DNA of 64,000 nucleotides from an uncultured Oscillospiraceae bacterium (GTDB lineage: Bacteria; Bacillota; Clostridia; Oscillospirales; SIG627): positions 15,356 through 79,355 of the forward strand of contig CAZLEX010000001.1 in NCBI GenBank assembly GCA_964558655.1, in the 5' to 3' direction. Position numbers and translations under genes: made by a program. The notes below the pieces were generated by a model. The model searched no databases and was not told the DNA's origin. It saw only the letters and a list, made by a program, of their open reading frames with translations. Of this stretch, positions 8,953 to 18,851 are shown piece by piece. Position 1 is the first letter of the stretch; each line of letters starts with the position of its first letter.

Positions 8953-11001
8953 TCACTTTCTTGTAAATTTAAAATTTATATCCGTAATTTCCGATTTCTT
9001 AGAAACCAAAGTAAAAATTTTTTCGGCATCTTTTTCGTCGGTAATATAAATTACGCCAAAAGAAATTGCTTCAGCATTCTCACGATCGGCACGGTAAGTC
9101 GGTCTTGAATTATAGATTACCGCTCTGTGAAAAGAATCCGGCAGCACCGGAAATTTTTCCCCTTTTCTGTCACAAAGAACTCCGCTTTTTAGGCACATCG
9201 TATTTTTACACCAAAAGCAACCGTCGCGTGTACCCATAACACAATTTTCAATTAGCATGAGCGGTGCTTTTCCCCAAACGGTATCCCCTATCGGCATGGA
9301 AGATTTCATATTTTTTTTCTGAATTTCGGTTAACTCTCCGGACAAAACAACGGCTTTAAATCCGAAAGATTCAAGTGCCGACAAAGAATAAGAGTTAACA
9401 GCATTGAGCCCTGCCCCGCCAATAACGGCAAATCCGCATTTTTGAGCCATCATTCCCACTCCCAAATTTTCGGCAAAGGCTGTTCTGTATCCCATATCGT
9501 AAACAGTTTTCAGTCTTTCCGTAAATTCTTCACTGTCCTTTTCAAAGACCGCTCTCGGAAGAACGACTGCACTCTTCGGTCCGTAAAATTTTTCAACCGA
9601 AAACAGCGGAAGAAATATTTTTTCGGCTCCCATTGACAAAAGCGATTCGACCGTATTTGACGAAATTTTTTTATTTCTTTCGAAAATTACCCACAATCCT
9701 TTTTTTTCAAAAATTGCTTTTTTCAAAGGCGGAAAGCTGCGTTCCGGAATATTATCCCTTCCCGAAAATATCGTTTTTTCAAGATTTTGTATAGCTTCAC
9801 GGCGAAGTGCATTAAGCACGGAACGCTTGAAGAACACGGGAGATTCGAGAAAAATATCAGCATGATTACACACAAACGGTGTATCACCGAGTTTTGATAT
9901 AGATTGAGCAATAATCTCTCTGTCAGTTCCTCCGTTATCAGCACAAACGGCTTCACATTCACTTTCTCCGGAAATACCGTCTTTCGAAAATATCAGTCTT
10001 GCCCTATCGCCTTTTTGCGTAAAAAACGCACGAACCGGAATTTTCCCGAGTTTGTAATTTACATCTTTTTCGGCTTCCGATGTTTTTTTCTTATCTTCGC
10101 TTTGACGGACCCCAAACATTTGTACGCCTTTTTTGCCTGTATAATAACCGTCGGTAAAACCGTTACGCGAAAAAATCATTTCAAGCTCTTTAATTTCATC
10201 GGGTGATGCGTTTCTTCCCTCGTCAATAAGCCTGCGAAAAACTTGAGTTGTTTTATACACATATTCGGGACTTTTCATTCTGCCTTCTATCTTAAACGAA
10301 GAAACCCCTATCTGACAAAGTTCTCTGACATGAGAACCAAGAGACAAATCACGCAAACTTAAAGGATATTCAAGTGAGCTGTTTCCCAAACTGTACGGCA
10401 GTCTGCACGGCTGTGCACATTCGCCCCGATTTCCGCTTCGTCCGCCCAAATAAGAACTCATAAGACAAGTGCCGCTGTGAGACATACACATCGCTCCGTG
10501 AACAAACACTTCGATTTCAATAGGACTTCCGGCAACTGTTTTTTCAAGATCGTATTCAGACAACTCTCTTGCAACGACTGCTCTCTTTACTCCCAATTCC
10601 GCAAGTGCATATATTTGATCAAGATTATGCGTCGCACACTGTGTGCTTGCGTGAAGCGGAATTTCAGGTATAACATGCGACAAAATTGTCATAAGTCCGA
10701 GATCTTGCACAATCAGAGCATCAACTCCGATTTCTGCACAAAATTTTGCTTCCGAAACAACATCGTCCAACTCTTTATCGAAAACAAGCGTGTTTAAAGT
10801 TAAATATAACTTCCTTTTATGAAGTTTGCAAAGTTTCACCGCTTCGGCTAATTTATCATGTCCGAAGTTTTCAGCACGGCTTCTCGCGTTAAACCGAGAC
10901 AACCCGGCATAAATCGCATCGGCCCCCGCAGAAATAGCGGCTTCCAATGCCTCAAAAGAACCTGCCGGTGCGAGCAATTCGGGTTTTTTCATTAATTTCA
11001 T
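8953..11001 (-). CDS. U32 family protein with DUF3656-type C-terminus (RlhA-like RNA hydroxylase candidate)
   Basis: PELLAPAGS, HASTQ, EVFVHGAMCMSHSGTCLMS, NRGECAQPCR (Fe-S cysteines), FKIEGRMK; 682 aa. Confidence 0.88.
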   Translation of the reverse strand: MKLMKKPELLAPAGSFEALEAAISAGADAIYAGLSRFNARSRAENFGHDKLAEAVKLCKLHKRKLYLTLNTLVFDKELDDVVSEAKFCAEIGVDALIVQDLGLMTILSHVIPEIPLHASTQCATHNLDQIYALAELGVKRAVVARELSEYDLEKTVAGSPIEIEVFVHGAMCMSHSGTCLMSSYLGGRSGNRGECAQPCRLPYSLGNSSLEYPLSLRDLSLGSHVRELCQIGVSSFKIEGRMKSPEYVYKTTQVFRRLIDEGRNASPDEIKELEMIFSRNGFTDGYYTGKKGVQMFGVRQSEDKKKTSEAEKDVNYKLGKIPVRAFFTQKGDRARLIFSKDGISGESECEAVCADNGGTDREIIAQSISKLGDTPFVCNHADIFLESPVFFKRSVLNALRREAIQNLEKTIFSGRDNIPERSFPPLKKAIFEKKGLWVIFERNKKISSNTVESLLSMGAEKIFLPLFSVEKFYGPKSAVVLPRAVFEKDSEEFTERLKTVYDMGYRTAFAENLGVGMMAQKCGFAVIGGAGLNAVNSYSLSALESFGFKAVVLSGELTEIQKKNMKSSMPIGDTVWGKAPLMLIENCVMGTRDGCFWCKNTMCLKSGVLCDRKGEKFPVLPDSFHRAVIYNSRPTYRADRENAEAISFGVIYITDEKDAEKIFTLVSKKSEITDINFKFTRK

Positions 11002-11208
11002 AATTCACCTTATTTTCATTTTCTTACTCATTCAGTATAATATAAAACGCTGAATAATGAAAGTATTTTTCGGATTTTTTTCATTATTTTTTCAGAAAAC
11101 CGACATTTTTTTAAAATAATGCTAAATATTCCTTTATTTGTTCGTTTATTTTTCTTCAAAATAAGTGTACAATTCAATAAACCTCTTACAATCAATTAAG
11201 GAGAAAAA

Positions 11209-11688
11209 ATGGAATTAATAAAAATTTGTGATGAAAAGTCTAAAATCATTATTTCTAATTCCGAACTTAAATACTACGGAATATGCAAAGAAAAAAGCGA
11301 TAATATCGAAGCAATATACAAAGTTTTTTCTGCTTTTAAAAAAAATTTCGGAGTTGATTTTTTAGCAAATTCGATATCGGTAAAAACAAATTTTTGCGAA
11401 AATGGAGACTGTGAACTGACTGTTCGAAAAATCAATTCCGATAACGAATTTCAAATAAAAACTTTTGTTTTCGGAAAAATCGGTTTAAATAAAGCAATTC
11501 TGGCATTAAAAAATTCCAACGCCACAAAAAACAGCAGTCTTTATAAATACAACAACATATACATATGGGAAATATTTTGCGAAAAATCGTCTGTTATTCC
11601 GTGTCGTCTTGCCGATTTCGGAAAAGAAATAAACCTTTCTTCAAGACGTGATTTTCTTTCGCTACTGTGTGATCGTATAAATTTTTAA
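11209..11688 (+). CDS. mecA: MecA-like ClpC adaptor protein
   Basis: N-terminal MELIKICDEKSKIIIS..ELKYYG, central GDCELTV and C-terminal SSLYKY..LADFG resemble MecA; divergent. Confidence 0.55.
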   Translation: MELIKICDEKSKIIISNSELKYYGICKEKSDNIEAIYKVFSAFKKNFGVDFLANSISVKTNFCENGDCELTVRKINSDNEFQIKTFVFGKIGLNKAILALKNSNATKNSSLYKYNNIYIWEIFCEKSSVIPCRLADFGKEINLSSRRDFLSLLCDRINF

Positions 11689-11774
11689 AATTTACCTTTC
11701 ATAATTCTTCGTATTCAGAAAACAATATTAATGCACGCAACAGTGCGTGTACTACTTGTTTTTAGGATTTTCTT

Positions 11775-12524
11775 ATGAAAAAATTCTTTTTTATTTTCTT
11801 ATCTCTTACCTTAATTACAGGTATCGTTTCAAGTGCAAATGTTTCCAAAACATCGATATCGTGGTATACTCGTCCGACTAATGACGGCAGCCGACCGCCG
11901 TGCCCGGCAGAAGCTCCTTTCTTGGAAGAAAATAACGCCTATTATCTCGGGCAAGACGAAAAATCTGTTTACCTGACTTTTGATCTCGGATACGAAAACG
12001 AAAATGTGTTTACAATATTAGATGCCTTAAAAAAGCACAATGCACCTGCGGCATTTTTTGTGCTTGCCCATGAAGTTGAAAACGGAAAAGCAATAGAACG
12101 GATAATTTCCGAAGGACACATCGTTTGTAATCACACTTCTCATCATCCTGATATGTCAAAAATGGCAGACAAAGAAGCTTTTGCCCGAGAGCTTATAAGT
12201 CTTGAAGAAAAATTTTACGAAAAAACCGGCAAGCAAATGGCAAAATATTACCGTCCTCCGCAAGGGGTTTTTTCGGAGCAAAATCTCGTATGGGCAAAAG
12301 AGCTCGGTTATAAAACGGTTTTTTGGAGCTTAACATGGGCAGACTGGGATAATGCAAAACAACTTCCGTGCGATAAAGCAATGGATAAACTCATGTCAAG
12401 ACTCCATCCGGGTGCAATAATTCTACTCCACCCCATCTCCGACACAAACGCAAAGATGATGGACGAATTTCTGACAAAACTTGAAAACGAAGGTTATGTA
12501 TTCAAGAGCCTTGACGAACTGTAA
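11775..12524 (+). CDS. pdaA: Secreted polysaccharide deacetylase, PdaA-like (spore cortex muramic delta-lactam)
   Basis: Signal peptide; YLTFDLGYE, NHTSHHP, YRPPQG, WSLTWADW, IILLH. Confidence 0.8.
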   Translation: MKKFFFIFLSLTLITGIVSSANVSKTSISWYTRPTNDGSRPPCPAEAPFLEENNAYYLGQDEKSVYLTFDLGYENENVFTILDALKKHNAPAAFFVLAHEVENGKAIERIISEGHIVCNHTSHHPDMSKMADKEAFARELISLEEKFYEKTGKQMAKYYRPPQGVFSEQNLVWAKELGYKTVFWSLTWADWDNAKQLPCDKAMDKLMSRLHPGAIILLHPISDTNAKMMDEFLTKLENEGYVFKSLDEL

Positions 12525-12542
12525 TAGCCGATTTTTGAATTT

Positions 12543-13184
12543 ATGAAAAAACTACCGCCTTTAATTCTTATAGTGCTTACTTTAATGACAATTACGGTAA
12601 CTGCCCAAAAAGAAAAATATATCGCACTGACATTTGATGACGGACCTCACACAAAATACACTTTGGAAATACTTGACATTTTGAAAAAATACGATGCCAC
12701 CGCAACTTTTTTTATTATAGGTGAAAACGCCGAAAGAAATCCCGAAATTATCGATAAAATAATTCAGGCGGGATGTGAAGTGGGAAATCACACATGGAGT
12801 CACGCTTATCTTGATAAACAATCCAAAGAAGATGTATACAACGAGTTATTAAAAACAGACGAACTTCTGGAAAAATTAACAGGTGAACGCCCGAAAGTCT
12901 TCCGCCCACCCGGTGGAAGAGCCAACGACAGTGTTTTGGAAATTGCGGATTTATTCGGATATACAACTGTCCTCTGGTCCAAAGATACTCGCGATTGGTC
13001 ATGCCCGCCGGTATCGGATATAATTTTATCGGCATTGGATAATCCTGTCGACGGTGATATAATACTCTTTCACGACTATAACGCAAAAAGCAGTCCGACT
13101 CCCAAAGCCTTAACAAAAATACTCCCAAAACTTTTGGAACAAGGCTATAAAACGGTAACTGTTTCTCAGTTATTAAATTTATAA
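12543..13184 (+). CDS. Polysaccharide deacetylase (CE4/NodB; PdaB-like)
   Basis: ALTFDDGP, GNHTWSH, FRPPGG, WSKDTRDW, IILFHD; N-terminal signal/anchor. Confidence 0.88.
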   Translation: MKKLPPLILIVLTLMTITVTAQKEKYIALTFDDGPHTKYTLEILDILKKYDATATFFIIGENAERNPEIIDKIIQAGCEVGNHTWSHAYLDKQSKEDVYNELLKTDELLEKLTGERPKVFRPPGGRANDSVLEIADLFGYTTVLWSKDTRDWSCPPVSDIILSALDNPVDGDIILFHDYNAKSSPTPKALTKILPKLLEQGYKTVTVSQLLNL

Positions 13185-14014
13185 AACGAATACGGCTTTC
13201 CTTGACGGGAAGTCGTTTCGTTTTCAAAAATATCAAGATTTCTGCGAAGCGTTTCTTCGCCACGCCAAGCAAATGCACGATTTTCAAAATCCTTCGCTTC
13301 AATAAGTTCGGAAAGTTTTTTATTTGTCAGCATATCAATCCTTTCTTTTTTGAAAAATTCAATGGGGGTTTCGGGAATGCGATTCATCGGACAAACTTCC
13401 TGACATTCGTCACATCCCCACACAAGACCGGACCTTTTTATTATTTCCCGTTCTTCATCCGTTATTTTCTTTTTTTGATTAATATATGATACGCAAAGCT
13501 TCCTGTCATCAATTCCTCCGGTAAGGCAAGCCTTTTTGCAAGCTCCACACATAAGACATTTTTGGGGTGAGTTCTTTTTCGCGATTCCTTCAAAAAAGCT
13601 GTCTTCGATTTCTGCGGCGAAAAAAAATTCACCTATAAAAACATATGACCCGTAAGTTTGATTGATCAAAAGTCCGTTTTCCCCCACGCATCCCAAACCG
13701 GCACATAGAGCCGCTTTTACTTCATCAATCGGAGAAATATCGGACGAAAGAAAAAACTCCCTGTCCAATTCACTTTCGGCACGCCGAGACAATTCCCGAA
13801 CATAAAGATGATAATCGCGGCTTTTGGAATATCTCGATATATTCGTCTTTTTATCATTTACATAATAAGGCATTAAAAAAATCACAGCGGTTTTCGGAAC
13901 AAATTTTTCTAACAGTGCTTTTTCCCGACTTACACCGATTACTCTCAATTCTTGCCATCTGAGAGATGCAAATTCAAAAATATTTTCTTTTTTCAAAAAT
14001 TCGGCTATATTCAT
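13166..14014 (-). CDS. queG: Epoxyqueuosine reductase QueG-like Fe-S protein
   Basis: SKSRDYH, GLGCVGENGLLI..YGSYVFIG, CxxCxxCxxxC (CLMCGACKKAC), WGCDECQEVCP. ATG 14014 follows GGAGG. Confidence 0.8.
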   Translation of the reverse strand: MNIAEFLKKENIFEFASLRWQELRVIGVSREKALLEKFVPKTAVIFLMPYYVNDKKTNISRYSKSRDYHLYVRELSRRAESELDREFFLSSDISPIDEVKAALCAGLGCVGENGLLINQTYGSYVFIGEFFFAAEIEDSFFEGIAKKNSPQKCLMCGACKKACLTGGIDDRKLCVSYINQKKKITDEEREIIKRSGLVWGCDECQEVCPMNRIPETPIEFFKKERIDMLTNKKLSELIEAKDFENRAFAWRGEETLRRNLDIFENETTSRQGKPYSFYKFNN

Positions 14015-14129
14015 CATTACCTCCGAAAATAAATACTGTTTTATTTTACCATACTTTTCTTTTCTTGACAAGAAGTCCTTTATTATTTATAATTACTATT
14101 GAAATAAACAATTTGTTGAGAGAAATTTT

Positions 14130-14786
14130 ATGATTGAAATAAACTGTAATGCACTGCCGAAAATCAAAAACAAACAAATTCGTGCCGTAAATATAGAAAA
14201 ATCTCTTGAACGGATTTACCCGAATGCCGAATGTTCCCTAAGCTACGAAAACGATCCTTTTAAATTACTTGTAATGGCACGGCTTTCGGCACAATGCACC
14301 GATAAAAGAGTAAACGAAGTTTCAAAAAATCTTTTTAAAGTTTTTCCGAGCGTGCACGACTTTGCCAATGCCGATATTGCGGCAATAGAAAGCCTCATAA
14401 AATCTTGCGGACTTTACAAAATGAAAGCCAAAAATATTAAAGAAATGTCGTGCCAAATTATAGAAAGACATAGCGGAAATGTCCCGTGCACGAAAAAAGA
14501 GCTTTTAGCTCTTTCCGGCGTCGGAATAAAAATCGCAAATCTTATGATGGGAGACATATTCGGTGATTCCTGTATTGTTCCCGACACTCACTGTATGAGA
14601 ATTTGTCACCGTCTGAAACTTATTTCAAAACCGGAACCCCTTTGCTGTATTGAAGAACTCTCCGCCGTTATTCCGAAAGAAAAACAATCCGATTTTTGTC
14701 ATAGGCTCGTACTTTTCGGGAGAGATATTTGCCGTGCACAAAACCCGGACTGCTCAAACTGTCCGTTTAATAAAGAAAATAATTGA
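14130..14786 (+). CDS. nth: Endonuclease III
   Basis: LVMARLSAQCTDKRVN, HhH motif LLALSGVGIKIAN, catalytic PDTH, C-terminal Cys cluster (only three Cys). Confidence 0.92.
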   Translation: MIEINCNALPKIKNKQIRAVNIEKSLERIYPNAECSLSYENDPFKLLVMARLSAQCTDKRVNEVSKNLFKVFPSVHDFANADIAAIESLIKSCGLYKMKAKNIKEMSCQIIERHSGNVPCTKKELLALSGVGIKIANLMMGDIFGDSCIVPDTHCMRICHRLKLISKPEPLCCIEELSAVIPKEKQSDFCHRLVLFGRDICRAQNPDCSNCPFNKENN

Positions 14787-14796
14787 AAGGAAAAAC

Positions 14797-17355
14797 ATGA
14801 AAAAATTACTTGTCTTTGACGCAAACAGTATTTTAAACCGAGCTTTTTACGGGGTTAAACCGCTTACAACAAAATCCGGACTTCATACGAATGCGATTTA
14901 CGGCTATATTAATATTATCACAAAACATATAGACGCAATAAACCCCGATTGTATAGCTGCCGCATTCGACTTAAAAGCCCCGACTTTCAGGCATAAAATT
15001 TATTCGGAATACAAAGCCGGAAGGCATCAAATGCCAGCGGAACTATCCGAACAGTTACCGTATATCAAAGATGTAACAACTGCTATGGGCATTAAAATTC
15101 TGAGTTCGGAAGGATATGAGGCAGATGACATACTCGGAACGCTTTCGAAAGAATTTTCAGATATAGGTCACACATATATTGTTACAGGGGACAGAGACAG
15201 TCTGCAATTAGTGGGAAAATCCACTACGGTAATCTTGGCTACGACAGGCAAAGACGAAGAATACACTCCTGAAAAAATCCGGGAAAAGTACCTCGTGGAA
15301 CCTAAGCAACTCATAGATGTTAAGGCTTTAATGGGAGACGCATCGGACAATATTAAAGGTGTTTCCGGAATAGGAGAAAAAACAGCAATCAAACTTATTT
15401 ATGAAAACGACAATCTAAACACCCTTTACAGCCGCATAGATACGGAAACTTTTTGCGGTACTCAATCCGTAATTTCAAAATTAAAAAACGATAGAGAAAG
15501 TGCATTTCTCAGCAGAACTCTCGCCGAAATATGTACAGCTGTTCCGTTAAACGAAAATGAAGATACTCTTAAAAGACAGCCTTTAAACACAAAAGAACTC
15601 TCCGAAATTTTCAAAAGACTCGAATTTACAAAACTTTTGGAAAAATTCGGATTAAACAAACCCTCAGCCGAAGACGATACGCTGCAAATGACATTCGAAA
15701 CCGCTGAAATAAACCCATCGGCTCCTACACTTGTAACCTGTGACGAATTTGTCGTAGGTGATATGATTTTCGCAGACTTTGATCCCGTTACAAAAACATT
15801 TTATAAAGAGGAAAACGGGAAAATACTAAAGACACTTTCATCTAAAGAACTTATCGAAAAAATGGGTAAAAAAAGAATCTGTCTATGGGATTCCAAAACT
15901 TTTTGGCACGAGGTTATAGACAAATGTGCAGAAGTTAATGAAGATGCGGTGTTTTTCGATGTTAAAATTGCGGCATATGTGGAAAATCCGGATACCAAAG
16001 GAGATTTTGGTCGTATTCTCATGCGAACTCTTTTTGAATCTTCCACTTCTGTACTGTCAAATCAAGCTTCTTATCGCTGCTTGTTCATCAGAAGACTTTA
16101 CGAAAAACTCAGCGAAGAAATTTCAAATATAAATTCCGAAGAATTATATTATTCAATAGAACTCCCAACAACAAGAATTTTGGCAAAAATGGAAAGTGTG
16201 GGGTTTTCTCTTGACAAGGAAAATCTTTCAAAATACGGCGAATCGCTTCTCGAAAAAATGAAAATTTGCGAAGAAGAAATTTATATGCTATGCGGAGAAA
16301 CATTTAATATCATCTCTCCGAAACAATTGGGGCACATACTTTTTGAAAAGCTCAATCTTCCTATAATCAAGAAGAAAAAAACAGGATTTTCGACCGATGC
16401 CGAAACTCTTGAAAAGCTCCGTTTTCATTCTCCGGTTATAGATTATATTCTCAATTACAGAAGACTTTCAAAATTATACGGAACATATGTTGAGGGACTT
16501 TTGAAAGTTGCAGATAACGACGGACGGGTACGCACCGAATTTAAGCAAACAGGAACGGTCACGGGAAGACTTTCATCAACGGAACCAAATCTTCAAAATA
16601 TCCCGGTACGAACCGAAGAAGGAAGTATTTTACGAAAATTTTTTATACCGGCTCCCGGTAATGTACTGATAGATGCTGATTATTCTCAAATTGAATTGCG
16701 TATTCTGGCTCATATGGCTCAAGATGATGTTATGATAGATGCGTTTAATACGGGAAAAGATATTCACACCATGACAGCTTCAAAAGTTTTTAAAATTCCG
16801 TATGAAAATGTAACCTCCTCTTTAAGAAATCAAGCAAAAGCGGTTAATTTCGGTATCGTTTACGGTATAGGTGATTTTTCGCTCTCGGAAGATTTAAAAA
16901 TAAGCATGTACGAAGCGAAAAATTATATCCGGGGTTATTTTGAAACATATAAAAAAGTTAAGGAATATCTCGACAAAACTGTCGAAAATGCCATATCCGA
17001 AGGATTTGTCGAAACACTCTTTTCAAGACGCAGATACATTCCCGAACTTTCAAGCTCCAATAAAAACTTACAGGCATTCGGAAAACGCGTTGCGATGAAT
17101 ACCCCTATTCAAGGAACAGCTGCAGATATTATCAAAAAGGCAATGATTGCCATTGATCGTCGCCTTGAAAGAGAAAAACTTAAGGCAAGACTGATTTTAC
17201 AGGTTCATGATGAGTTAATTTTGGAATCTCCCGAAGAAGAAAGTCTTTATGCTGCGCAAATTCTCAAAGAAGAAATGGAAAATGCGGCAAATTTATCTTT
17301 AAAATTACGGGCAGATGTCGGAATTGGAAATAATTGGTTAGGTGCAAAGAAATAG
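14797..17355 (+). CDS. polA: DNA polymerase I
   Basis: 5'-3' exonuclease (DANSILNRAFY, YEADD, GDASDNIKGV) and polymerase motifs (DADYSQIELR, AKAVNFGIVYG, QVHDEL). ATG 14797 follows AAAGGA. Confidence 0.98.
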   Translation: MKKLLVFDANSILNRAFYGVKPLTTKSGLHTNAIYGYINIITKHIDAINPDCIAAAFDLKAPTFRHKIYSEYKAGRHQMPAELSEQLPYIKDVTTAMGIKILSSEGYEADDILGTLSKEFSDIGHTYIVTGDRDSLQLVGKSTTVILATTGKDEEYTPEKIREKYLVEPKQLIDVKALMGDASDNIKGVSGIGEKTAIKLIYENDNLNTLYSRIDTETFCGTQSVISKLKNDRESAFLSRTLAEICTAVPLNENEDTLKRQPLNTKELSEIFKRLEFTKLLEKFGLNKPSAEDDTLQMTFETAEINPSAPTLVTCDEFVVGDMIFADFDPVTKTFYKEENGKILKTLSSKELIEKMGKKRICLWDSKTFWHEVIDKCAEVNEDAVFFDVKIAAYVENPDTKGDFGRILMRTLFESSTSVLSNQASYRCLFIRRLYEKLSEEISNINSEELYYSIELPTTRILAKMESVGFSLDKENLSKYGESLLEKMKICEEEIYMLCGETFNIISPKQLGHILFEKLNLPIIKKKKTGFSTDAETLEKLRFHSPVIDYILNYRRLSKLYGTYVEGLLKVADNDGRVRTEFKQTGTVTGRLSSTEPNLQNIPVRTEEGSILRKFFIPAPGNVLIDADYSQIELRILAHMAQDDVMIDAFNTGKDIHTMTASKVFKIPYENVTSSLRNQAKAVNFGIVYGIGDFSLSEDLKISMYEAKNYIRGYFETYKKVKEYLDKTVENAISEGFVETLFSRRRYIPELSSSNKNLQAFGKRVAMNTPIQGTAADIIKKAMIAIDRRLEREKLKARLILQVHDELILESPEEESLYAAQILKEEMENAANLSLKLRADVGIGNNWLGAKK

Positions 17356-17363
17356 GAGGCATT

Positions 17364-17666
17364 ATGAATACCGATATTTATACTCTTGAAGAAATTAAAG
17401 AAAAACTCTTCCCGATTTTTAAACACTATCATGTTAAAAAAGCTTTTGTTTTCGGATCATATTCAAAAAATTGTGCAGTCAAAGAAAGCGATGTTGATAT
17501 TTTTCTTGATAGCGGCTTACATGGTTTGGCTTTTGTGGAATTAATCGAAGATATAAGGAACGCACTCGATAAAACTGTAGATGTAATAGACAAACGCCAA
17601 GTCGATGAAAATTCAATTATAAAATCCGAAATACTTAAATACGGAGAACTCATATATGAGGAATAA
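17364..17666 (+). CDS. Minimal nucleotidyltransferase (MNT) antitoxin, MntA-like
   Basis: Exact GSX10DXD motif (GSYSKNCAVKESDVD); GGAGG RBS overlaps the polA stop. Confidence 0.88.
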   Translation: MNTDIYTLEEIKEKLFPIFKHYHVKKAFVFGSYSKNCAVKESDVDIFLDSGLHGLAFVELIEDIRNALDKTVDVIDKRQVDENSIIKSEILKYGELIYEE

Positions 17667-17988
17667 AGCAATCGTGGCAAAAATGAGATATTTTTTAAAA
17701 AAGATTTTAATTTATACCTCCAAAATGAATTATGATACATTCAGAAGCAATTCGATGCTTGTAGAAGCATGTGTTTTCAGTCTCAGCCAAATAGGAGAAT
17801 TGGCACATAAAGTGAGCCGTGATTACCAAGAAAAAAATCCTGATATACCCTGGAAAAAACTGTACGGCCTCAGAAATCAAATAGTACATGAATATGAAGG
17901 CGTAAATCTTATAATAGTTTGGGATATAATATCAGAGGATTTACCGCAATTGTACGATAGACTCAATCTTTTAATGGAATCAAAATAA
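17656..17988 (+). CDS. HEPN/DUF86 ribonuclease toxin, HepT-like
   Basis: RX4HXY motif (RNQIVHEY), DIPWKKL, IVWDII; overlaps the MNT gene. Confidence 0.88.
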   Translation: MRNKAIVAKMRYFLKKILIYTSKMNYDTFRSNSMLVEACVFSLSQIGELAHKVSRDYQEKNPDIPWKKLYGLRNQIVHEYEGVNLIIVWDIISEDLPQLYDRLNLLMESK

Positions 17989-17999
17989 CACAACGGGTA

Positions 18000-18015
18000 T
18001 GTTTCATGTGAAACA
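18000..18015. promoter_or_regulatory. parS site 1 (TGTTTCATGTGAAACA) inside a 52-bp palindrome
   Basis: 15/16 match to TGTTTCACGTGAAACA; centre of 25-bp perfect arms 17982-18006 / 18009-18033. Confidence 0.88.
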
Positions 18016-18075
18016 TACCCGTTGTGTTATTTTTATTAAAATCGGGGTATACTACAATCAAGAAAGGGTGGTATC

Positions 18076-18708
18076 ATGAACGAGGAAGAAAAAAAGGAGC
18101 ACATTTTTAATATAAATAAAATTGAAATATTGATGATCACAGGGCAAATAGAAGGGCATACATGTGCACCTGCTGAGGTAAAAGTAACAAAATACGAAGA
18201 TATTATACCGATAATTATAGCTATAGAAGAAAGTCGCGAAATTGAGGGCTTGTTAATACTTTTGAACACGGTAGGCGGAGATGTCGAAGCAGGGCTCGCA
18301 ATAGCCGAAGCAATTGCCGGCATAAAAAAACCGACTGTATCACTTGTTCTCGGAGGCGGACACAGCATCGGTATTCCGTTGGCAGTATCAGCAAAACATT
18401 CGTTTATAGTTCCATCAGCATCTATGATAATTCACCCCGTAAGAATAAACGGTGTTGTACTCGGAGTAGAACAGTCATTTAACTACCTTGCGAAAATGCA
18501 GGAAAGAATAAACAATTTTATAATCAAACACTCAAAGGCATCTTCCGCAACCCTTAACAATCTCCTGCTCAATACAGATGAAATGTCCTGTGATATCGGA
18601 AGCATACTTTACGGAAGCGAAGCGGTCGAAAAAGGCATAATAGATGAAGTCGGAAGCATTTCCGATGCACTTGAAAATCTTCATGCACAGATAAGAATTA
18701 AAGTGTAG
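18076..18708 (+). CDS. tepA: ClpP-family protease, TepA-like
   Basis: TKYEDIIP, LNTVGGDVEAGLAIAE, LGGGHSIGIPLAVS, IIHPVR. Confidence 0.85.
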   Translation: MNEEEKKEHIFNINKIEILMITGQIEGHTCAPAEVKVTKYEDIIPIIIAIEESREIEGLLILLNTVGGDVEAGLAIAEAIAGIKKPTVSLVLGGGHSIGIPLAVSAKHSFIVPSASMIIHPVRINGVVLGVEQSFNYLAKMQERINNFIIKHSKASSATLNNLLLNTDEMSCDIGSILYGSEAVEKGIIDEVGSISDALENLHAQIRIKV

Positions 18709-18724
18709 GTAATTTAATGCAATA

Positions 18725-18740
18725 TGTTTCATATGAAACA
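18725..18740. promoter_or_regulatory. parS site 2 (TGTTTCATATGAAACA) inside a 38-bp perfect palindrome
   Basis: 14/16 match to consensus; palindrome 18714-18751 just after the tepA stop. Confidence 0.8.
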
Positions 18741-18851
18741 TATTGCATTAATTTTACTGTTTTTTAATTATTTTATTTTTCGGCTGCAATTGACAAGTTT
18801 TTCTAATTAAAGCTTATAAAATAGTCACATTAAAAAGCAAAGGAGAAAATC

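Noticed and set aside
11699-11765. Sporulation sigma (SigG/SigE) promoter and small hairpin before pdaA
   Set aside because: Only partial matches with off spacing in AT-rich DNA; not supportable by eye.
14650-14796. N-terminal extension of PolA in the ORF track
   Set aside because: It overlaps nth. The conserved sequence starts at MKKLLVFDA (14797), which has its own RBS.
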